IMG/VR virus record: IMGVR_UViG_3300021961_000040
Coordinates: 1-64,000 of that record
Direction: 5' to 3' (one strand)
Length of the DNA stretch: 64,000 nt
Source of the DNA: a virus
Shown: positions 57,740-64,000 of the stretch, piece after piece
Numbering within the stretch: the stretch's first letter is position 1
How the letters are laid out: each line of letters starts with the position of its first letter
Position numbers and translations under genes: made by a program
Notes under the pieces: generated by a model
Seen by the model: the letters and a program-made list of their open reading frames with translations, nothing else
Told to the model about the DNA's origin: nothing
Databases searched by the model: none

Positions 57740-58156
57740 ATGAAAATAACTAGACAACAACTTAAAAGTATCGTCAAAAAAACACTTTTTGAAAATACAT
57801 TAAGTAAAAATAATGATATTAATATCACGATGGACGTCCCTAAAAGAGAGGGCGTAACTTTTTCAGTCAAAGCTATTGGAACTAGAATAGTAGCAATTCT
57901 TGAATCAGAAGAAGGTCATCGTCGAATTGGCGACAATGATGAAGATAAGAAAATTCTTTTAGGAATTTTAAGAGCTACATTAGAAACAACTAGTAAAGAA
58001 GATACAAAAGAACACCTTGTTAGGTTGATTGCTAGACTGACAGGGGAATCTGAGTCTGAAATTGATATGCCGGCGATGATGTCTAAAATATTAAATGATA
58101 GATCTTTAGCATCTTATTCACAGCATATTCAAGACAAGAATACAAGACTAGTTTAG
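57740..58156 (+). CDS. Hypothetical protein with shared leader
   Basis: MKITRQQLKSIVKKTLFE; ATATTTA 9 nt upstream and no SD. Confidence 0.6.
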   Translation: MKITRQQLKSIVKKTLFENTLSKNNDINITMDVPKREGVTFSVKAIGTRIVAILESEEGHRRIGDNDEDKKILLGILRATLETTSKEDTKEHLVRLIARLTGESESEIDMPAMMSKILNDRSLASYSQHIQDKNTRLV

Positions 58157-58429
58157 ATGTGGTATGTTTACATTGTAGAATGCAAAGACCAATCGCTCTA
58201 CACAGGCATAACTAATGATATTGCTCGGAGAGTATCTGAGCATAATAATTCTAAGCGTGGTGCAAAATATACTAGATCAAGAAGACCTGTAAAATTAGTT
58301 GCACATTGTCTTGTAAAAGATAAATCAACAGCCCTAAGATTAGAACATAAAATAAAGTCTCTAAAGAAGAGCGAGAAAATTGCTTATTTACTAAAGGAGA
58401 AAAGCAATGAACTGGAAGACATTGAGTAA
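58157..58429 (+). CDS. GIY-YIG nuclease (UPF0213-like)
   Basis: YVYIVEC...LYTGITND..RR..EHN..GAKYT. Confidence 0.9.
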   Translation: MWYVYIVECKDQSLYTGITNDIARRVSEHNNSKRGAKYTRSRRPVKLVAHCLVKDKSTALRLEHKIKSLKKSEKIAYLLKEKSNELEDIE

Positions 58430-58796
58430 AATTGAGATGAGAAACCGTGAAAACGAAACTGAGAATTTTGTAATTCAATACGACGGTAATTTTTACCGAA
58501 TCCAGAATGAGTTTGGTAACATTAGTTTTGAGTTCGATGTTTCGTCTGGGTATGCATTTGTAGAAGAGTTGAACAGTATTATTTCTTCTGATATTGAGAG
58601 TGAGATTAATACTTTCTTGAATGAACAAAACATGCAAAATGACAATGATTGCTGCAGTGATGTTGACACCAATCCTCAAATGAACCTCTTTGATAATAAA
58701 AATATTAATTACAAGAATTCAAAGTCAGTAAAACCATCGAAGGGTCTTAATATTATCAAGAATGGCGTCGGTATTACTTTAAAGAAGAATGGGTGA
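58407..58796 (+). CDS. Hypothetical protein
   Basis: AGGAG RBS. Confidence 0.55.
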   Translation: MNWKTLSKIEMRNRENETENFVIQYDGNFYRIQNEFGNISFEFDVSSGYAFVEELNSIISSDIESEINTFLNEQNMQNDNDCCSDVDTNPQMNLFDNKNINYKNSKSVKPSKGLNIIKNGVGITLKKNG

Positions 58797-58799
58797 TAC

Positions 58800-59378
58800 G
58801 TGGGAAATCTTGCCACTGCAAAGTCTGTAACTTTTTTAGATATCGAAACAACGAATTTAGACCCTAAGAAAAGTGCAATCCTCCAGATCTGCTTTATTAC
58901 AGATTGGGAAGGAGGACAACAAGATGTTTGGTCCACAAAGATCAAACCAAAAGATATAGAGCTTAGCTTTGCATCAAAAGATGCATTAAAGATCTGTAAC
59001 TACAGTGATGATGAATGGCAAGATGCACCCAGCTTTCAAGAGGTAGCCCCAGAAATTTCAAAAAGATTGACTTGGGGCCCTCTTGTAGCACATAATATCA
59101 ATTTTGATCTTTCTCATATTCGATCTGTCTTTAAAAGATATGGGTGGACAGAAGTCGATCGGGTTGCTGAACTAGAAAAAGAAAAACGTTTTAAAGTAGG
59201 TTATCCAATTATTGATACATGTGCCCTCGCTTATCTTTTCTTGCCAACAGAAAGACAAAATCTTAATGAACTTAGAGAATATTTTGACATATCAGACGAT
59301 GGAGCACACGAAGCCGCAAAAGATACACAAGATTGTAGGCAAGTCTTTTACAGCATAATCGGAGAAAAACTAGGATAG
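58800..59378 (+). CDS. DEDDh 3'-5' exonuclease (DnaQ-like)
   Basis: DIETT, AHNINFD, IDT, HEAAKD. Confidence 0.9.
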   Translation: MGNLATAKSVTFLDIETTNLDPKKSAILQICFITDWEGGQQDVWSTKIKPKDIELSFASKDALKICNYSDDEWQDAPSFQEVAPEISKRLTWGPLVAHNINFDLSHIRSVFKRYGWTEVDRVAELEKEKRFKVGYPIIDTCALAYLFLPTERQNLNELREYFDISDDGAHEAAKDTQDCRQVFYSIIGEKLG

Positions 59379-59419
59379 CGCTGAGTGCATAAAGTTAAAA
59401 AAGGAATTAAAATACTTCT

Positions 59420-59626
59420 ATGGAAATAAAAAGAATTCTTTCTACTAAAGAAGCAGAAGAAGCATCACATGTCAAAAAAATTCAACCGATAACAGAGAGT
59501 TTTTTAAGAGAAAACTACGATATTATTTTGGAAGATATTGAGTGGGATAGGTATGCCCCGGAAAATACATTTCTAAATACGTATAGGAGACTTTATGAAA
59601 GTAGTGGAAATTCTAGAAGAAATTAA
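59420..59626 (+). CDS. Hypothetical protein
   Basis: ORF track. Confidence 0.4.
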   Translation: MEIKRILSTKEAEEASHVKKIQPITESFLRENYDIILEDIEWDRYAPENTFLNTYRRLYESSGNSRRN

Positions 59627-60836
59627 ATCAACTTCTAAGTCAACTGAAAAACTAGCAATTATGAAGAGAAATTCTAACAACATTTACTTCAAATCAGCGC
59701 TACACTATTCAAGTAACCCATTTAAACCTTTTCATGTTGCAAAAGTTCCAAGAGTAAAGGCGACTGAAAGAGCTGCAAATTTACTTTCTGAAGAAACTGC
59801 ATGGCCTGCTTTTTACTCTTTGCTAGATCAGTGTGCATCAAGATCCGTGACAGGAAATGTTGCTATTGATTTGCTACATTCTCTTTTTCAAACTGTAGAT
59901 AAAAATACAGAATCATGGATGCGAAAGGTTCTTAACAAGCATCTTGCAATTGGTATATCTGTCAAGTCTATTAATAAGGCATTTCCAGGATTTATTCCTA
60001 CTTTTGAAGTATCTTTAGCTCAAAAGTTTGACATGAAGCGAATCGGAAATAGGAAAACAGTTGCCGTCGAACCTAAGCTCGACGGCATTCGGTGTTTCAC
60101 TATTGTTGAGGGCAAATCAGCAATTATGCTTGCTCGCTCCGGAAAGCCAATTACAAATTTTAACGATACTATTTTAAAAGAAATCATTAAGATGGGTGAT
60201 GGCTGCTACGATGGCGAGCTTATGGGTAAAGACTTTATTGATCTTATGAAGCAGGCATATCGAAAAGAAGGTACTGATATTTTAGGAACATATCTTGCAC
60301 TTTTTGATTTTCTACCGATTCAAGAATGGAACTCAAAAAAGAGTACAACTTCTTGTCAAAAACGATTTGAAATGCTTTTCGATCGTTTAAGCAATCCAGA
60401 AGTAAATCTAGAGCTTATTAGACCTGTTGAAAGAATTGAGTGTTACCCTGACTATGAAGAAATTAAAGAAATACACGATTCTTATGTCAAGGAAGGTTTT
60501 GAAGGTGCCATGATTAAGTTTCTTGATGCACCTTATAAGTTTGGCCGAGGATATGAAGTTATGAAGCTTAAGGCTTTTCATGACGTTGACCTCCCTATTA
60601 CAGGGCTTCTAGAGGGAACTGGAAAACATGCAGGGAAACTTGGATCTTTTCAGGTAGATTACCAGGGGGTGGAAGTTCAAGTAGGTTCTGGGTTAACAGA
60701 CGATCTTAGAGAAGTTGTCTGGAAAGATCAAGAAAGCTTTCTAGGCAGAATCATTGAGGTTCGTTACCAAGAAGTCACGCCAGATGGGTCTCTTAGATTT
60801 CCTACTTTTGTATGCTTTAGAAATGACAAGAGTTAG
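59595..60836 (+). CDS. lig: ATP-dependent DNA ligase
   Basis: EPKLDGIR, DGEL, FD, EGAMIK, KLK, GSG, LRFP. Confidence 0.93.
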   Translation: MKVVEILEEIKSTSKSTEKLAIMKRNSNNIYFKSALHYSSNPFKPFHVAKVPRVKATERAANLLSEETAWPAFYSLLDQCASRSVTGNVAIDLLHSLFQTVDKNTESWMRKVLNKHLAIGISVKSINKAFPGFIPTFEVSLAQKFDMKRIGNRKTVAVEPKLDGIRCFTIVEGKSAIMLARSGKPITNFNDTILKEIIKMGDGCYDGELMGKDFIDLMKQAYRKEGTDILGTYLALFDFLPIQEWNSKKSTTSCQKRFEMLFDRLSNPEVNLELIRPVERIECYPDYEEIKEIHDSYVKEGFEGAMIKFLDAPYKFGRGYEVMKLKAFHDVDLPITGLLEGTGKHAGKLGSFQVDYQGVEVQVGSGLTDDLREVVWKDQESFLGRIIEVRYQEVTPDGSLRFPTFVCFRNDKS

Positions 60837-61701
60837 ATCGATAATTCTATGGCTGATATTGTTATCCTGCAACCCACAGTCTGCAAGTGAAATAAAAGAA
60901 GTTCCAGGAGTCTTACCTTCGCAAACGCTTTTTGAAGAAGTAAGAATTGATCCAAAAAGATGTTCTTATCAAGACTGTATTTGTACTGTAAGAATTCCTC
61001 CTTATCGACCACAATACGTTGAAAAGACTCGGAGATCTTGGACCAGCGTCTTTTTTCAAGAATCTGAGTACGATCTAGCAGATGGGTACAAGAGTAGAAT
61101 AAATGATTTTATGAGCGCCAGAATGAATGCTGACGCTGTTCTGGTAATAGGATATACAGATGGTTGTGGATCTTATAATTACAATACAGTACTTTCTAAA
61201 AACAGAGCATTAGTAGTTTCTAGATTTATTAGAAGTTTAGGTTTTAGAAATAAAATTGTAACCGCAGGCATGAGTGAGATAACATCAACACACTCAGACC
61301 TTGCGAAGAGAACAGATGTAGTCGCTTCTTTTGACTTTAGAATGGAAGTGCCTCCGCCTAATTTAGTAGCCGATCATTATCTTTTAGATGCTTCAGGGTC
61401 GGTGCAAGATTATTCATTTTGGGTTAATATAATTGCAGCAAATAAAAAACCTGCAAGCAAGCTGCACTTATCTTACACTCTTGCTTGTAGTGACGGTACG
61501 AACGCAAATACAGTTAGTCCTGCAGGCCCAACAGAAATTTGGTGGTCATATTGGCAAGTTCTAGACAAAATGAGCCCAGGACAAACTCTGTTGATATTAT
61601 CTGATTTTAATTCTAGATACAGTCTCACGGCAGCAGAAAGTAGTGCCTTTATGAAAAAAGTACAACAAAAAGGAGTAAGAGTTCATGCAATCAGACTTTA
61701 A
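60823..61701 (+). CDS. OmpA-like C-terminal domain lipoprotein with vWA-like region
   Basis: Lipobox LLSC; IGYTD.GS..YN..LS.NRA; LLDASGS. Confidence 0.7.
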   Translation: MTRVRSIILWLILLSCNPQSASEIKEVPGVLPSQTLFEEVRIDPKRCSYQDCICTVRIPPYRPQYVEKTRRSWTSVFFQESEYDLADGYKSRINDFMSARMNADAVLVIGYTDGCGSYNYNTVLSKNRALVVSRFIRSLGFRNKIVTAGMSEITSTHSDLAKRTDVVASFDFRMEVPPPNLVADHYLLDASGSVQDYSFWVNIIAANKKPASKLHLSYTLACSDGTNANTVSPAGPTEIWWSYWQVLDKMSPGQTLLILSDFNSRYSLTAAESSAFMKKVQQKGVRVHAIRL

Positions 61702-62515
61702 AACTGTTGAAATTACAGATGTAGAAACTTTACAGGTGCTTTCACATCCAGTTGTTCAAAATGCTTTTCGGAGCGGCGGATGGATAGCGGGAGGTTTTCC
61801 TCGATTGGTTGGACGAACAATTCTAAGACCACATCGTCTTGATAGTATTTCATCTAACAAGTCAAAACTCTTTCAATTTTATTTTCAAAATAGAGGAGAC
61901 ATAGACTTCTTTTTTCGTAATCATGATGATTTTGCAAGTGCTGTGACGAAAGGAGCTTATCATCAGTCTGCTTTTGCACATAACATGTGGCTTCATAATC
62001 GCGAAGGCGTCTTATCACTTAAAGTACAGCTGGTAAATAAATTTTACTATGACACTATTAAACAAACATTCGATTCTTTTGATTTTTTAAATTCTTGTTA
62101 CGCAATTGTACAAATTAATCGAAAATATTATCTCACATACGATGAAGCCGCTAACGATGCAGATATTGCAAAAGAGCTTGTCATTAAACATGCAAATTCT
62201 CCGTATACTCTTCAAAGAATAGTCAAATATCTTAATGACCGAGGACTAGAAAAAGTCTCAAAAAGTTCTTCAAAAAATCTTGAAGAACTTTTGATAAGAT
62301 CTGCTTCTAAAATTTTTGATAAAAAGTATTCTTTTAGTTTAGCTGAACCTTATATTAAAAAGTCAATAGATTTTATTTTCACGTCAGGGTTGGTTAGTCC
62401 TGAAAATGCTATCTACTTTATCGGTAAATATAGTAAAGTCATTAAACAAAAATATGGACCATCAATTATGTCAGACTGGGCTTCAGACATAATTGAAAAG
62501 AGTGCAACTTGCTAA
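61685..62515 (+). CDS. Nucleotidyltransferase (CCA/polyA polymerase head-like)
   Basis: IAGG..R...DIDFF, VQLV, FDF. Confidence 0.65.
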   Translation: MQSDFKTVEITDVETLQVLSHPVVQNAFRSGGWIAGGFPRLVGRTILRPHRLDSISSNKSKLFQFYFQNRGDIDFFFRNHDDFASAVTKGAYHQSAFAHNMWLHNREGVLSLKVQLVNKFYYDTIKQTFDSFDFLNSCYAIVQINRKYYLTYDEAANDADIAKELVIKHANSPYTLQRIVKYLNDRGLEKVSKSSSKNLEELLIRSASKIFDKKYSFSLAEPYIKKSIDFIFTSGLVSPENAIYFIGKYSKVIKQKYGPSIMSDWASDIIEKSATC

Positions 62516-62552
62516 AAAAAGATATATGATATAAATAAAGAAGGAGTATACT

Positions 62553-62918
62553 TTGATTAAAAAGACAAAAGTTTGCATTCATTGTGAAATTGAATTCGAT
62601 CTTAATTCTACTGCAAAGAAGTATGCTGGAGGAAAGATTAATGAATGCCCGGATTGCGTTGAAGAGCTAGGAACAGAAACAGCAGTTAAGTATCTCGGAC
62701 TCCAGGCCGGAGATGGCAAGGCTAATGCATTAAGCATTGTTGCATTCGAGTCAGATGACGACCGTGAAGCCTATTCAAGCGCATGGAAAGCAGTTACGGG
62801 GCATCATAAGGGTAAGTCCTGTCAGCTTGGTGGAGTCCAGACTAATATTGGAAATAGACCGATGCGTCATGTTGCTTATGCCGGCGGAAATGGAAATCAC
62901 AAAGGCAAAGCTGACTAA
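62553..62918 (+). CDS. Zn-ribbon hypothetical protein
   Basis: CIHC...CPDC; AGGAG RBS. Confidence 0.6.
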   Translation: MIKKTKVCIHCEIEFDLNSTAKKYAGGKINECPDCVEELGTETAVKYLGLQAGDGKANALSIVAFESDDDREAYSSAWKAVTGHHKGKSCQLGGVQTNIGNRPMRHVAYAGGNGNHKGKAD

Positions 62919-62975
62919 TCAATAAAAAGTCTCCTGATTCTATAATTACTATTAATAGATCAGGTAAAAATAAAA

Positions 62976-63791
62976 ATGAAAAAAATATTTGAAGATTGGA
63001 GAAGCTTTCTTTTAGAAAGAAAAACAGACGTTCTTTATGAAAAGATTGCAGACTATTTTTATAGTTTGTTACAAGAACATGAAAAATACTTTTGGAAATT
63101 TACAGATAATTCTCAAGATTATTTTGAACTTGCTTTGAAAAATCGTGTCATAACTAAAGAAGAATTTGCAAGATACCAAAAATTAACTGGTGATGACACA
63201 GTTATGTCAACATATACAGACTTTTATGTTGCAATGTCTAAGTTTGGAGTAAAAGCAACAAATCAAAACGTTCGTCCAGGAGCAGCAGCTGATATGTCTA
63301 ATAAAGGCAAAATGAGAATCTTTGTTAGTAGTCAGCCAAAAACTGTTTCTTCTTTTGTTCAAAATATACATCCTTTAACTTTTAGACATGAAATAGCGCA
63401 TTGGCTAAATTCAATAAGAAGCGGCTTTAAAAAATATCGTTCTAAAGGTGTTGGAAAAAGTACTTCAAAATCATTTAATCCAAGAGAAGCTTACTATTAC
63501 GCTAATAGCACAGAAGAGATACAAGCAAGAGCTGCAGAAGTTTTTAATATAATTAAAAAAGCAGTTTTTCGTCAAGTACCTGAAAATTCACAATTTCCAG
63601 ACGATCTTATTGCAAAAGATTTTCAAAATTCTTTGCGCGAAAGAAAACCTAAGATGTTTGTCAAGCATGCTATAGAAAATTACGCCTACGATTACTTTTT
63701 CTACCATCTTTTAACAGAAAAAAATAAAAGAAGGCTAATAAAAAGATTTTATGAGATGTATAATCACCTTGTAGAAAAAGAAAATCTATAA
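62976..63791 (+). CDS. Zincin-like (HExxH) protein with MKKIFEDWRSFLLE leader
   Basis: HEIAH...Y...EEIQAR. Confidence 0.6.
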   Translation: MKKIFEDWRSFLLERKTDVLYEKIADYFYSLLQEHEKYFWKFTDNSQDYFELALKNRVITKEEFARYQKLTGDDTVMSTYTDFYVAMSKFGVKATNQNVRPGAAADMSNKGKMRIFVSSQPKTVSSFVQNIHPLTFRHEIAHWLNSIRSGFKKYRSKGVGKSTSKSFNPREAYYYANSTEEIQARAAEVFNIIKKAVFRQVPENSQFPDDLIAKDFQNSLRERKPKMFVKHAIENYAYDYFFYHLLTEKNKRRLIKRFYEMYNHLVEKENL

Positions 63792-63803
63792 AGGAAAAAT
63801 CAG

Positions 63804-63995
63804 ATCAAAACTCTTAAAAAAGTTATTTTGTGGAGAATTTTATCAATTGCTTTAACTTATTTTGTAACTTACGCTTATACAGGTGATATAAAGTCTGCAA
63901 CTGGATTCACAGCTATTTTACATTTAGTTTTAATGGCTGCTAATTATATATTCGAGATTTGTTGGGAAAATACTATAGGCTCACAGAAAGAATAG
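63804..63995 (+). CDS. DUF2061-like membrane protein (no ATG; ATC at the expected start)
   Basis: TLKKVILWRILS...TGDI..A.....Y..E..W. Confidence 0.45.
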   Translation: MKTLKKVILWRILSIALTYFVTYAYTGDIKSATGFTAILHLVLMAANYIFEICWENTIGSQKE

Positions 63996-64000
63996 TTTTT

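Noticed and set aside
58157-58429. GIY-YIG as a third homing endonuclease
   Set aside because: Only 90 aa with no DNA-binding extension; it matches the stand-alone UPF0213-type nuclease.

Overview
AT-rich, densely coding, almost all + strand segment of a large (jumbo/huge) tailed bacteriophage genome, standard genetic code, probably Gram-negative host. Content: virion/tail structural genes (1-5 kb); Fpg and a pyrimidine/nucleotide-sugar cluster; a heavily interrupted DnaE-type DNA polymerase; guaC, tdk and dCMP deaminase; SOD, putative lysis genes and acidic head-associated proteins; 5'-3' exonuclease, GroEL and sigma70; PMM, DenV-like glycosylase, tmRNA, amidase, Hsp20, Fic, DinG-like helicase, TilS, ribosomal protein bS21, DNA ligase and an OmpA lipoprotein. 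Main highlight: the dnaE 5' end is displaced by a homing-endonuclease cassette that carries a synonymously recoded replacement N-terminus. This copy folds into a long hairpin and ends TCC-TAA-TAA-TCT. A Ser-to-Ser ribosomal hop over the two stops restores the exact PHP motif HGHTGFSVFDG, a candidate new programmed translational bypass. The same polymerase is also split by a natural split intein whose halves are 3.3 kb apart. Other highlights: a sigma70 apparently split into two genes at region 4.1/4.2; a shared N-terminal MKI.R..LR.II.E leader on unrelated cargo proteins that correlates with an ATANTTA promoter-like motif; and a possible modified-pyrimidine pathway (Cys-type ThyX, kinase fused to a dCMP-hydroxymethylase-like domain). 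All product calls come from motif recognition by eye, with no database search.
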